This document shows, piece after piece, positions 1 to 12,344 of a DNA stretch of 64,000 nucleotides. A model generated the notes under the pieces. The model ran no database searches. It had not been told where the DNA came from and saw only the letters and a program-made list of their open reading frames with translations. A program made the position numbers and the translations under genes. Source of the stretch: Octopus sinensis (lineage: Eukaryota). The DNA is taken from the NCBI RefSeq assembly GCF_006345805.1, contig NC_043010.1, positions 48,608,001-48,672,000 of the forward strand. The letters are read 5' to 3'. Position 1 is the stretch's first letter, and every line of letters starts with the position of its first letter.

Positions 1-657
1 ACCTAATTACGAACATTCCTCGCTATCTTCTTCTGTTTCATTATAGATTTTGGATATCTCTTTAAATAGACTTTTCAATAAGTGAATTAATTTTCTTTGT
101 ACCATTAATACAGTTACTATTTTTACATTAGTAGAACAATTGGTAACCCCCTTATCTTATTTTCTGTTATCTATAATATCATCTCCAGATATATTATTTA
201 TTTTATGTAAGAAGAAAAACAAAATGAATTAAAAAGATTTTTTAATTTAAATTCAAATATGCTGGTTCTTCAACTTTGTCTTACCGGGAAAAAGATTCTC
301 TTTAATGACAAATCTACCACCAAAGGCAAAACACGTGTTTAAAATTAGTTCCTTCTATATAATATAACTGATAAAGTATATCTGTAGATATGTTTTTATC
401 GGCTATAGTGTCTATTCATCATCATCATCATCATCATCATTTGCAACAACAGTTGGAGAAGCGGCAGCAACAGCAGCATCCTTATCGTCTGTATCTTTAC
501 AAGATAAAATTGTTAATGAGTTATTATCAACAGTGGTAATACTCTAAATTTCATTATTATCACTATATTCATCATTACTATTGTATTATCATTAAGATTA
601 CATTTATTAACAATTGTATTACTGTTTTTATATGCAATATCGTGGTCGTTGTTGTGG

Positions 658-693
<36 letters not shown>

Positions 694-772
694 TTATTAT
701 TATTATTATTATTATTATATTATTATTATTATTATCATTATTATTATTATCATCATCATCATCATCATCATT

Positions 773-996
773 AAGAAGGCGGCGAGCTCGTAGAACCGTT
801 AATATGCCGGGTGAAATGCTTGGCAGCATTTCGTCCGTCTTTACATTCTGAGTTCAAATTCCCCCGAAGTCGACTTTGTCTTTCATCCTTTCGGGGTCGA
901 TAAAATAAGTATCAGTCAAGCACTGGGGTCGATGTAATCGACAAAGTCCATCGCCCAAAATTTCGGGCCTTGTGCCTTTAGTAAAAAAGACTATTG
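773..996 (+). mobile_element. tRNA-head SINE, family A (GGCGGCGAG head), CCTTGTGCC-type tail
   Basis: Head ggcggcgagctcgtagaaccgttaat, box-B-like gagttcaaattccc, core gtcgactttgtctttcatcctttcggggtcgataaaataagt shared with ~20 other copies in the window. Confidence 0.85.
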
Positions 997-2031
997 TATG
1001 TAAAGAGGAAAGAAGGAGGACGGGAATTGGTGTGTTGTGAAGGTTGTGTAAGGGAAAAGGAGAACAGCTTGGCTGGTATGTCAAGGGGAGTAAAGAAGAA
1101 ATGATTGAAGCAGTGAAAATGCAGGGAACCTTAAAAGTGAACGAAATCATAGATCCAATACAATTTAAGAAAGACCAGAGAGAGCAGAAGGAAATTTGGC
1201 ACGAACAGAAAATGTACAGTCAGTTCTTAAAGAATAAAGATGAGGTTGATTGGAATAGAACCTGACAATTGCTGCAGAAAGGAGATTTAAAAGGGCCCAC
1301 TGTGGCATTAGTATGCAGCGCTCACGAACAAGTTCTCAGAACAAACTGCTCTAAATATCACATTGATAAAAGCGCTGACTCGCCACAGTGTAGTATGTGT
1401 TCTGAGAAGGGAGAAAGTATAAGCTATATTGTTAGTGAGTGCTGTAAGCTCGCACAACGCGAATGCAAAAGGAGACACGATATGTGGCCAGATATGTCCA
1501 CAGGCTATTGTGTGGTAAAGCAAACCTCGAGAGAGCCGAACAATGGTATGAACACAAGCCAGAGGGAGTAATGGAAAACGAAACTTACAAAATACTCTGG
1601 GATTTTAACATGCAGTGTGACCAAGTCATAGAGGCGAGACGACCAGGTATTGTGCCCGTCCATAAAGATGAAAAAGAAGTAAAGAAATTGCAATACCAGG
1701 CGATTCGAAGGTGAAATGTAAGGAAACAGAAAAGATTGAGAAATACCAGCCACTGCGGATGGTGATTCGAAAGTTATGGGGCGTGAGGAAAGTAATGGTG
1801 ATACCGGTGGTAATTGGAGCATTAGGTTCTAAGGTTCTAAGGGCTTAGAAAAACATTAAGTATATTGGAGCTGCTGCCAGGTTCGAAGTGATCCAGAAGA
1901 CAGCATTGTTGGGTACAGGTCGCATTCTAAGGAGAGTATTGTCCCTTTTAGTCACAGGAGAAAACATTACTTGAAACCTTTGCTTTCAAGTAAAGAATAA
2001 CCGGTAATTTAGAAATATTCGAGTCTTTCAG
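997..2031 (+). mobile_element. R4/Dong-type non-LTR retrotransposon, 5'-truncated and decayed (Zn knuckle + REL endonuclease)
   Basis: ORFs 1044-1265, 1269-1571 and 1463-1714 give CSMCSEKGESISYIVSEC (CCHC knuckle), KILWDFNMQCDQVIEARRPGIV (REL) and VVIGALG; ends in (AAC)n/(AAT)n. Confidence 0.88.
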
Positions 2032-2242
2032 AACAACAACAACAACAACAACAGCAGCAGCAGCAGCAGCAGCAACGACAACAACAACAATAACAATAAT
2101 AATAATTATTATTATCATTGCTATTATTATGTATCTTCGCTCTCAACGATGAACCTCTTATAGCCATCTCTGATTGACAACTTCAGCATCACCTTTGTTT
2201 CAAGTTGCAGTTGAAGCTGAAGTTTTCGTGGTAAACCAAATC

Positions 2243-3200
2243 GAGCACTGGTGTCGATAAAATAATACTAGTTGAGCAGTGGAGCCTATAAAATAAGTAC
2301 CGGCTGAGCACTGGTGTCGATAAAAACAGTACTAGTTGAGCAGTGGAGCCTATAAAATAAGTACCGGCTGAGCACTGGTGTCGATAAAATAAGTATTAGT
2401 TGAGCAGTGGAGCCTATAAAATAAGTACCGGCTGAGCACTGGTGTCGATAAAATCAGTACTAGTTGAGCAGTGGAGCCTATAAAATAAGTACGGCTGAGC
2501 ACTGGTGTCGATAAAATAAGTACTAGTTGAGCAGTGGAGCCTATAAAATAAGTACCGGCTGAGCACTGGTGTCGATAAAATAAGTACTAGTTGAGCAGTG
2601 GAGCCTATAAAATAAGTACCGGCTGAGCACTGGTGTCGATAAAATAAGTACTAGTTGAGCAGTGGAGCCTATAAAATAAGTACCGGCTGAGCACTGGTGT
2701 CGATAAAATAAGTACTAGTTGAGCAGTGGAGCCTATAAAATGAGTACCGGCTGAGCACTGGTGTCGATAAAATCAGTACTAGTTGAGCAGTGGAGCCTAT
2801 AAAATAAGTACCGACTGAGCACTGGTGTCGATAAAATAAGTACTAGTTGAGCAGTGGAGCCTATAAAATAAGTACCGGCTGAGCACTGGTGTCGATAAAA
2901 TAAGTACTATTTGAGCAGTGGAGCCTATAAAATGAGTACCGGCTGAGCACTGGTGTCGATAAAATAAGTACTAGTTGAGCAGTGGAGCCTATAAAATGAG
3001 TACCGGCTGAGCACTGGTGTCGATAAAATCAGTACTAGTTGAGCAGTGGAGCCTATAAAATGAGTACCGGCTGAGCACTGGTGTCGATAAAATCAGTACT
3101 AGTAGAGCAGTGGAGCCTATAAAATGAGTACCGGCTGAGTACTGGTGCCGATAAAATAAGTACTAGTTGAGCATAAGTACCAGTTGAGCACTGGTGTCGA
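2243..3200 (+). repeat. Tandem array of a 64-bp dimer (two related 32-mers), ~14.5 dimers, SINE-A derived
   Basis: Alternating GAGCACTGGTGTCGATAAAATAAGTACTAGTT and GAGCAGTGGAGCCTATAAAATAAGTACCGGCT; the array runs into a SINE-A tail at ~3200-3262. Confidence 0.95.
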
Positions 3201-3734
3201 TGTAGTCAAATTACCTCCTCTTCCGAACTTGCCGGTTTTGTGCCAGAATTTGAAACCATTATTTTGATCTTCACTGTTTCTACGTGCGCATGGTAATTTA
3301 TTACGTAAGAGACATCTTTAACTATTATTTCATCTTTTATGGAAATGTCAAATGGGATTATTTAAGTGATAATTTATGCCATGACTTTCATAAGTAGACA
3401 AAAGTTATTACGTTAATTAAATTAAAGTTTTGTATTAATACCATATAATTTACTATATTATCGTGTAATCAAGATAGCTAAACAAATGCTGTCGCATGTT
3501 TTCTATGCAAACAATGCTATTAACTGATCGAAAGAATAAATTTTAAATAAAGTATCGTCTGTTAATGGATTAGTTCGGATACCAATATCGTTAACAATAA
3601 ACTATTACAGAGTATCTTTCCTCACAGCTTTCTGTAAATGCTTCTTCATAAAAAAACAACAACAAAAAAAAGCAGAAGCTCACCAACAACCGTTCTTCAC
3701 CCAGTGGCTTACTTATATATATATATAATATATA

Positions 3735-3956
3735 TATTCTTCAACATGTGATCTCTTGAGCACCACCAGCTCAAATATTTTCTCCTCTGTCTTCCCTCCT
3801 TAGGATCTTTCCTTCTCCTTGTTTCCGACGAAGAGCTCCGCTCGAAACGTTAAACCCCTTCCCTTCTTTCCTGAGCGTCAATAATACTTTAATTGTTCCA
3901 CATCCTGCGTTGCTGTGTTTTTTTCTCTTTTTTTCTGTGTTTTCTTGTTTGGATTA

Positions 3957-3958
<2 letters not shown>
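3735..3958 (+). mobile_element. Short non-coding element between (TA)n tracts carrying a hammerhead-like motif (PLE pLTR/retrozyme-like)
   Basis: (TA)n on both sides; internal GTTT-CCGACGA-A-GAGCtccGCTC-GAAACGTT-AAAC. Confidence 0.55.
3821..3855 (+). ncRNA. Minimal type I hammerhead-like motif with CCGACGA core
   Basis: Stem I GTTT/AAAC, stem II GAGC/GCTC, GAAA, loopless palindromic stem III ACGT. Deviations: U4C, one extra A, GUU triplet. Confidence 0.5.
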
Positions 3959-3990
<32 letters not shown>

Positions 3991-3993
<3 letters not shown>

Positions 3994-4632
3994 TAATAAA
4001 TAAAACATATGCATATATACGTACATATGTACGTACCTACCTCTACATGTATATATACATGCATATATGGGTACAGGACACCCCCCCCAAAAAAACGTCG
4101 AACACACCCATATATGCATGTATATATACACGTAGAGGCAGGTACGTACATATATGTATGTATATATGCATATGTTTTATTTATTATTTATTATATGACG
4201 GAACGCACGCATCCATTTCTAAGTAGATTGTTCTTATATATATATATCTATATATTATATATAATATATAATATTAATTAAAATAAAACATATGCATATA
4301 TATAAACATATTGTACGTACCTACCTCTACATGTATATATACACGCATATATTACCAGGACACAAAAAAAAACGTCGAACACAATGAGAAACGAAAACAT
4401 AGACACAATCCAAGGAACTGGACATTTTTTTAAACAATAAAAAAATAGAGTACAGGACAATTAACACAAAGAAAAAAACCCCTTCTTCAGTCGCCATGGT
4501 TTCATCTATTCTACGTTTCGAAGGTGAAGGCGAGACGTATCTTCGAATAAGAAACTTTCCTTCCTGCGAAAAGCAAATCAATTAAAATCTGAGATCTTTT
4601 TGCAGAGGGGTAAAAATGGTAACAAAAACAGG
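3991..4632. mobile_element. Cluster of three copies (-,+,-) of a non-coding (TA)n-embedded element; same family as 19301-19783
   Basis: Shares gtacaggac...gtcgaacacaatgagaaacgaaaacatagacac and the terminus atatgacggaacgcacgcatcc...agattgttct with the 19.3-kb locus; 3991-4072 and 4106-4185 are inverted. Confidence 0.7.
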
Positions 4633-4650
4633 ATATATATATTATATATA

Positions 4651-4736
<86 letters not shown>

Positions 4737-4975
4737 AATTAAGGACTGAACCGAAAAGTGGACAGTCAACATGCTAGATATAGACGTCAAATCGCCATTC
4801 TCCAAAAGTCTATGTTCTCAGATCAAACTCAACACCAAACCAAAACAATACAAGTGAAATATACGAAATAAATATTTACCCATGTACTAAATTCAGTTTC
4901 GGCTGTTATTTTCCGCAAGGAAAAGTGCAGCCATCATCAGCATGGTCCTATAAAATGTAATTTTATATATATATA

Positions 4976-5021
<46 letters not shown>

Positions 5022-5318
5022 TGATGCGAGAGACCTATGATCAAAGTGTTTCAGTAACTATCATCCTATCTTATTTTAAGGTGATATGTCAAGAGCTACA
5101 ATATCCCATGTCTCATTTATTTAGCTTGAGGCTTGAGAAAAATTTGGCTACTACTTTTGGCAAGTATTGCGACCACGTACAAGCTCTTTTTTTTGGCTCT
5201 TGACAGCTTATTTTGAACACTATTTAGAGACAAATTGAAAACAGAATTTGGGAGATTTGGATTAAGTTTCAGGTTTCAGAGTTAAGCAAACATTTACTCA
5301 AGACAATGCAAAATTGAT

Positions 5319-5536
5319 TTCAAATTTTGGCACAAGACCAGTACGTTTGGGGGAAAGGGTAAGAGGTAAGTCAATTACATCGACCTCAGTGCTCAACTAA
5401 TATTTATTTTATCGAACTAGAAGGAGGAAAGACAAAGTCGACCTCTGCGGAATTTGTACTCAATACGAAAAGACGGACGAAATGCAGCTGAACATTTTAC
5501 TCGGAGTGCTAACGTTTCTGTCAGCTCACCATCTTT
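5319..5536 (-). mobile_element. SINE family A
   Basis: Reverse complement of the family A core and tail (ttcaaattttggcacaag...aaagtcgacctctgcggaatttg). Confidence 0.8.
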
Positions 5537-5574
5537 ATACAATTCAAGATTGAAGTCAAAATATTTACATGTGC

Positions 5575-5700
5575 ATTCATGGGAGTGTAGTTAAGAAGTT
5601 CGCCTCGCAGATGATTTCGGGTTCAGTGCCAATTCGCAGTACCTTAGGCAAATGTCTTCTAGGATAGCCTCAGGAGGACCAATGCCTTGTAGCTGACTTC
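5575..5700 (+). mobile_element. SINE family B head, degenerate
   Basis: gggttcagtgcc...accttaggcaaatgtcttctaggatagcctcagg...gaccaatgccttgt resembles the family B head. Confidence 0.6.
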
Positions 5701-5755
5701 TATAGAGGGGAGACTTATGGAATTCCTTCATATGTAAGTATGTACGTACGTACGT

Positions 5756-5815
<60 letters not shown>

Positions 5816-6320
5816 GTGTGTGACTTAGTGCTTAGAATGTATACTCTGCTGTAAACGAACAACACTGCGACAGACTAGAGTTCCGTTCTGGGAAAATGCC
5901 GGTCTGCTCGCCAAGCTAGTGAGATGGTATCATTTGAGAGTGAAAGCAATGCGAGGAATAGCATTGTGACCAGCGGTATTTTACGACAGCTGATTGCCCG
6001 GACACCTGTTGTTAATGTCCTGTTGTTTACATTTGTATTTGTGTACCGTTTCTCCGTTTTTTTCCGTCCTTGTTGTCGCATACATTCCAAGGAATCTAGC
6101 GCTCTTAGCTTAGATTTTGCTTGGTGCTGGCCAGATTGGAGCAGTCTCGAGTATTACCAGCTGAAACTGTAAAGGTAATCTGGAACTCGACTGACGAAAG
6201 AAAACTCCGAGTGACCCATCCTTGTTTTTTCATGTCCTTTTTTGTATCATCTAAATGTCTGGATGTTTTGTTGTCGCCTGTTGCGTTCTTGGCCCACTTT
6301 TTGTATTCTCTTATATATAT

Positions 6321-6372
<52 letters not shown>

Positions 6373-6382
6373 GATAAACGTC

Positions 6383-6681
6383 GCCCTTTTCAAGCCTAGC
6401 CAGGCCCATGGACCCGGTTTCCAGGTTTGTGTGGCGTATGTGTTCCCCCAGCTAGACGGGACGCCAGTCCTTCGGAGCGTTACTCAAGAAACAGGAAGAG
6501 AGAGTGAGAGAAAGTTGCGTCGAAACAGTACAACAGGGATCGCCCCCCACCTGTCGGAGCCTCGTGGAGCTTTTAGGTGTTTTCGCTCAATAAACACACA
6601 GAACGCCCGGCCTGGGAATCGAAACCACAATCCTCTGACCGCGAGTCCGTTGCTCTACTAACTACTGGGCATTGAACCTCC
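6383..6681 (-). mobile_element. tRNA-head SINE, family C
   Basis: Reverse complement of ggaggcgcaatggcccagtggttag...gactcgcggtc...gtttcgattccc; homologous to 28883-29196 and 40493-40800. Confidence 0.85.
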
Positions 6682-6717
6682 ACACACAGGACATACTTCC
6701 CTGACACACAACACACA

Positions 6718-6804
<87 letters not shown>

Positions 6805-7541
6805 TATGAGACATGTTTCCATTTTTTTTCAACCATTAGAGTATAATTGAGATATTGAACAGAAAGCTTTATATTGCTTATGAAACCTGTGAAACAAAGC
6901 TATGTAAATGTCTGAAAACAAATTTATGAAAATGCTTTGGACAAGCAGAGGGTTAATCGACTAATATCCCTCTCACTTATCCAAACCCCTGTGCCTATGT
7001 TAAAAATCAATATTTACTGTCCATCTGCCTCCTACAATTAATTCCTCGTTATAAGGATTTCTTCCTGACAAAAATAACTGAAGTTGACTGACAATAATTA
7101 TTGCTAGCTGACTAAACTAAGACTTTGCTGTTGTGTTTTCGCTCTTTCCTTCTAACCACATATTATTTTAATATGTGAATAATTTCTTTTAATTCAAATA
7201 ACTGGATAATTTTCTCTCCCAATGTAAACACTCAACGGCAAAAAACATTAATTACCATCGAAAGAAAGCGAAAAGCAAAACAACTAAGTAAAATGAATAT
7301 AGGCAAATGAGTATAAAAGAAAGAATAACATAAAGGTAAAAATATTGATTATTTTAATGACTATATCAAAAATAGATATTAAAAAAATGGTTAAAATGTT
7401 CCTACGGGTATGTGAGTGACAAAGTCAATCAGATTTTCTACTGGTATATCAATTTAGTTTCCATGCATATTTCACAAAAATTCCTCCTTCCAACTAAGAG
7501 AAAAAAAAACCCATTGCACTTCAGAGTATTTAAAGATTATA

Positions 7542-7778
7542 TGTGTCTTTATTATCCACAAGGGGCTAAACATAGAGGGGACAAACAAGGACAGACAAAC
7601 GGATTAAGTCGATTACATCGACCCCAGTGCGTAACTGGTACTTAATTTATCGACCCCGAAAGGATGAAAGGCAAAGTCGACCTCGGCAGAATTTTGAACT
7701 CAGAACGTAACGACAGACGAAATACGGCCACGCATTTCGCCCGGCGTGCTAACGATTCTGCCAGCTCTCCGCCTTCAT
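7542..7778 (-). mobile_element. SINE family A with 22-bp target-site duplication
   Basis: TTCAGAGTATTTAAAGATTATA at 7520-7541 and 7779-7800 brackets a full SINE A. Confidence 0.9.
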
Positions 7779-7819
7779 TTCAGAGTATTTAAAGATTATA
7801 ATATTGCCGGTATTATTGA

Positions 7820-7953
7820 ACTGGTAGAATCGTTAGTACATCGAGCAAAATGTCTTAGCGGTAATTCTTCCAGGTCTCTATGCTCTGAGTTCAAATTCCG
7901 CCGAGCTGAACTTTGCCTTTCATCCTTTCGCGGTCGACACAATAAGTACCAGG
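7820..7953 (+). mobile_element. SINE family A, partial
   Basis: gaatcgttag...gagttcaaattccgccgag...ctttcatcctttcgcggtcgac. Confidence 0.75.
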
Positions 7954-8569
7954 CTAGATTTTATCAACATACTCAATCATTCAAGAATTCGGATAATATA
8001 TTTTCGCTGAGATTGTATAAATATATTCGAACTTTTAAAGAAACAGGTGCCGTTACGTTTAAAAGTATAGTACTGTATTACTTACTATGTGGTCATGATA
8101 ACTTTTGCAGGATTCAGTGTTTGAATTATGCATGAGAAGTTCCGTTGTTAAAGTGGAACTTCTATCGTCCCCATTGCCCGACTGGTAGAGGGTGGCGAGT
8201 GCCTGATGACGCTCAAAGTGCCAGGCGCCCAATTTTGATCTTTTGTTGACCCAGGACTGCAGCCCCCTCGAAAGGGGAAGCGTGCCTGATAAACGAGGAT
8301 CACACTGGTTCACAGCCCAGGAAAATGTCCAGTTGCACGTTAGCATCCATGGCATGTCAAGTCCACCTTGTTGAGGGCACTGACAATTGCCTAACCTGCG
8401 AAATGTATCCCTTTCACAGGACATGAAAAAGTAGAGACAAATATTATTCCTTTATTTGTCGCAAGGGACATGCACGTGGGTATATAACAGGCAGAATAAT
8501 TTCAATCATAACCATTATAAATATCAAATTAAGGTAACAAAGACAACGTTGACAACAATGGTGTTGCTA

Positions 8570-8753
8570 TTGTTGTTGATGCGGATGATGTTAAGGATGA
8601 TGATGACAACGACGACGACAGCGATGATGATGGTTGTGTGAATAATAGTTATGCCGAAAAAATAATACATGGCTGCAACTGCAGCAACAACAACAAAAGC
8701 ACAACAACAACAACTACAACAACAATAGTAATGATGATGATGGTGATGATGAC

Positions 8754-8792
<39 letters not shown>

Positions 8793-9279
8793 AATAATAA
8801 TAATAACAATAAAGATTATTTATCAGAAGATCGACTGATGAAGGAAACGTTATTACAAAGGCAAGCTAAATATATACAAATATGAAAGAAAACACACAAA
8901 AAAACAGGTGGTGGGATTTTATGCTGAATCGATTATACGTATATAAAAAGAGGCACGGAAAAACAAATATAAACACTTTATTAATGTTTGTAACATCGAT
9001 ACTAATAACAACGATGATGAATATGATGCTGATGTTGATGATGATGATGATGATGATGATGATGCTGATGATGACGACGACGACGATAACGATGATGATG
9101 ATGATGACGACGATGATGATGATAATGACAGCGATGACAACGATGATAGTGGTGGTTGTGGTGGTGGTGGTTATGGTGATGAGGATAGTGATGATGAGGA
9201 CGATGATGACAACGATGACAACGGTGGCAGTGGTGGTGGTGGTAATTATGGCGTTGATGATGATGACAAAGATGAAAAC

Positions 9280-9335
<56 letters not shown>

Positions 9336-9400
9336 CGATGATGACAATGATGGTGGTGATGATGATGATGATTGCAAAGATTATGATGATGATAATGATG
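8570..9400. repeat. Long degenerate (GAT)n/(AAC)n trinucleotide region
   Basis: Direct reading; it explains the poly-M, poly-D and poly-S ORFs. Confidence 0.95.
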
Positions 9401-10023
9401 ATCGTAGATACAGAATCGATAGAAATATTGAAACAGTCACATTAAAAAAAAAAAAAAAAAATCCCAGCATATCTTCATTAAACAGGATGATCTTGAAAAA
9501 ATGGAAGATTTTTGCGAAGCATGGTATTGACTAAGTTTAATACCGCTGCCGAACCAAGTTCCAAGTCTATTGTTCTGCACAGCTGAATCCATTCTTAATA
9601 AAGAAAGTGGTTTATTCATGTAGAATCAAAACGATGTAACAAAGCATTGGCAATAGTGATGGTGGCAGTTGTTGGCAGCCAGCAGTGTCGATGGCGAATA
9701 CACGACAGAAAAGAAGAAGAAGAAGAAGAAGAAGAAGAAGAAGAAGAGAAGAAGAAGAAGAAGAAGAGAAGAAGAAGAAGAAGAAGAAGAGAAGAAGAAG
9801 AAGAAAAAAAGGAAAAAAAGAAAGAAGAAAAGGAGAAAAAGAGAAGAAAGATTCTCTAAGATTCGTTCCAACCATTATTTCATTATTCTTGATATAAAGA
9901 ATTTCCTTTAGAGAAATAGACGAAACAAAAAGTAAAGAAAACGAATTAATAATAATAATAATAATAATAATATAATAATAATAATAATAATAATATAATA
10001 ATAATAATAATGATGATGATGAT

Positions 10024-10065
<42 letters not shown>

Positions 10066-10664
10066 CGATGATGACAATGATGGTGGTGATGATGATGATG
10101 ATTGCAAAGATTATGATGATGATAATGATGATCGTAGATACAGAATCGATAGAAATATTGAAACAGTCACATTAAAAAAAAAAAAAAAAAATCCCAGCAT
10201 ATCTTCATTAAACAGGATGATCTTGAAAAAATGGAAGATTTTTGCGAAGCATGGTATTGACTAAGTTTAATACCGCTGCCGAACCAAGTTCCAAGTCTAT
10301 TGTTCTGCACAGCTGAATCCATTCTTAATAAAGAAAGTGGTTTATTCATGTAGAATCAAAACGATGTAACAAAGCATTGGCAATAGTGATGGTGGCAGTT
10401 GTTGGCAGCCAGCAGTGTCGATGGCGAATACACGACAGAAAAGAAGAAGAAGAAGAAGAAGAAGAAGAAGAAGAAGAAGAAGAAGAAGAAGAAGAAGAAG
10501 AAGAAGAAGAAGAAAAAAAGGAAAAAAAGAAAGAAGAAAAGGAGAAAAAGAGAAGAAAGATTTCTCTAAGATTCGTTCCAACCATTATTTCATTATTCTT
10601 GATATAAAGAATTTCCTTTAGAGAAATAGACGAAACAAAAAGTAAAGAAAACGAATTAATAATA

Positions 10665-10712
<48 letters not shown>

Positions 10713-10755
10713 TGATGATGATGATGATGATGATTGATGATGATGATGATGATGA
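9290..10755. repeat. ~730-bp direct tandem duplication
   Basis: Identical ORFs at 9437-9619 and 10167-10349 (offset 730); copies differ mainly in microsatellite length. Confidence 0.92.
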
Positions 10756-10959
10756 AAAATGAAATCGAGAGAAGGTTTAATGATTTTCCTTTCATTCTCA
10801 TTTCGTTTATGCCTTACCACGGAAATTTTTGTTTCCTCGTTAATATTAACACATTCATTATCCCTCATCATCTCCATGTTGTTTTTTTTTAACTTCTCGT
10901 AGACACAGAAAAAGGTTATTTACGAGCTATCTACACGTTTGTCTGTTTGTCGTGATAGT

Positions 10960-11075
10960 TTGTAATTTGGATGCGCTAAGGCGACCCGAGCTATAGCAGA
11001 AGACACTTTCCCAAGACACTTGCAGCAGGACTGAACCCGAAACCACGTTGTTACAAAACGAGTTTCATAGCCACA
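10960..11075 (-). mobile_element. SINE family B head, partial
   Basis: cgagctatagcagaagacactttcccaag...ggactgaacccgaaaccac. Confidence 0.7.
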
Positions 11076-11182
11076 CAACCATCTACACTGTATTTTCCTC
11101 CGTTACGAGTTCATCATCTTGTTTCTTTCAGCATATAAGAAAAAGCAATCTTGTATGTAATGCTTTAATTGTTTAATACTAA

Positions 11183-12085
11183 CATTGGTTCCACATTTTG
11201 GTACAAAGCCAACAATTTCGGGAAGGGCTAAGTTAATTACATCGACACCAGTGTTCAACTGGTATTTATTCTATCGGCCCTCGAAAGGATGAAAGTTAAG
11301 TCGACCTCGGCGGAATTTGAATTCAGAACGTAAAGACGGACGACATTCCGCCCGACGTGCTAACGATTCTTATTTCTTTACTGCCCACAAGGGGCTAAAC
11401 ACAGAAGGGACAAACAAGGACAGACAAACAGATTAAGTCGATTATATCGATCCCAATACGTAACTGGTACTTATTTAATCGACCCCGAAAGGATGAAAGG
11501 CTAAGTCGACCTCGGCGGAATTTGAAGTTAGAACGTAAAAACGGACGACATTCCGCTAAACATTTTGCCCGGCGTGCTAACGATTCTGCTAGTTCGCCGC
11601 CTTATACATAACACTAATATTGACTTCAAATGTTGGCACAAGATCAGCAATTTTGTGGGGAGGGGTAAGTTAATTGCATCAACCTCAGTGCTCAACTGGT
11701 ACTTATTTTATCGATCCCAAAAGAATGAAAGATAAAGTCGACCCTGGAAGCATTTGAACTCAGAACGTAAAGACGGACGAAATGCCACTAACCATTATTG
11801 CCCGGCGTGCTAATGATTCAGCTAACTCGCCGCTTAAAGCATAGCACTAATATTAATTTATATTAATATTATTCTATTCTATTCTATTCTAGACACAAGG
11901 CCCGAAACTTTGAGGGAGGAGGCTAGTCGATTATATCGAACCTAGTGCGTAACTGGTACTTAATTTATCGACCCCGAAAGGATGAAAGGCAAAGTCGACC
12001 TCGGCGGAATTTGAACTCACAACGTAAAGCCAGATGAAATGCATTATTGCTCAGCGTGCTAATGATTCAGCTAACTCGCCGCCTA
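11183..12085 (-). mobile_element. Stack of four co-oriented SINE A copies with three tail types
   Basis: Cores at ~11183-11370, 11371-11603, 11622-11835 and 11873-12084. Confidence 0.9.
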
Positions 12086-12344
12086 ATGCATAACGCTAAT
12101 ATTAATTTAATAAAATAATATTATGATATTAATTATTAATTTAATATAATATTAATTTAACATTAGTCGCCTCACAAATCAACGTTCAAATGAATAAGTC
12201 TAACCAGAGTACTGTGAATAATGATTTAATATTTATTTTCACCCTAATATTTTCTCCTGGAGTACTCAAATTTGTTTTCAGAATTCTGTAATCTGCAATT
12301 TTAAAAATCCCTGTTTTTTCTTGTAAGTGTAAAACTAAATAAGA

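Noticed and set aside
424-640. Minus-strand frame SITTVDNNSLTILSCKDTDDKDAAVAAASP...DDDDE*
   Set aside because: Low-complexity, upstream in-frame stop, weak acceptor; most likely eroded trinucleotide repeats.
2243-3200. CRISPR array
   Set aside because: The units between repeats are themselves constant, both derive from a SINE, there are no cas genes, and the context is eukaryotic.
4490-4560. Complete hammerhead in the 4-kb/19.3-kb family
   Set aside because: Half-sites are present but no consistent type I or type II fold could be built.
5870-6310. Hammerhead-like pieces (CCAGAT..GAAAC..GTA-ATCTGG; CTGACGA-AA-GAAA)
   Set aside because: The core box is too degenerate in one and stem II is absent in the other. 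The region may still be a microsatellite-flanked repeat.
6383-6681. Functional tRNA genes at SINE heads (also 28883, 40493)
   Set aside because: The tRNA-like head continues into a shared SINE body; no complete cloverleaf or terminator.
8882-9445. 187-aa Met/Thr-rich ORF and other poly-amino-acid ORFs ([16 protein letters not shown])
   Set aside because: Translations of microsatellites, which lack stops in some frames.
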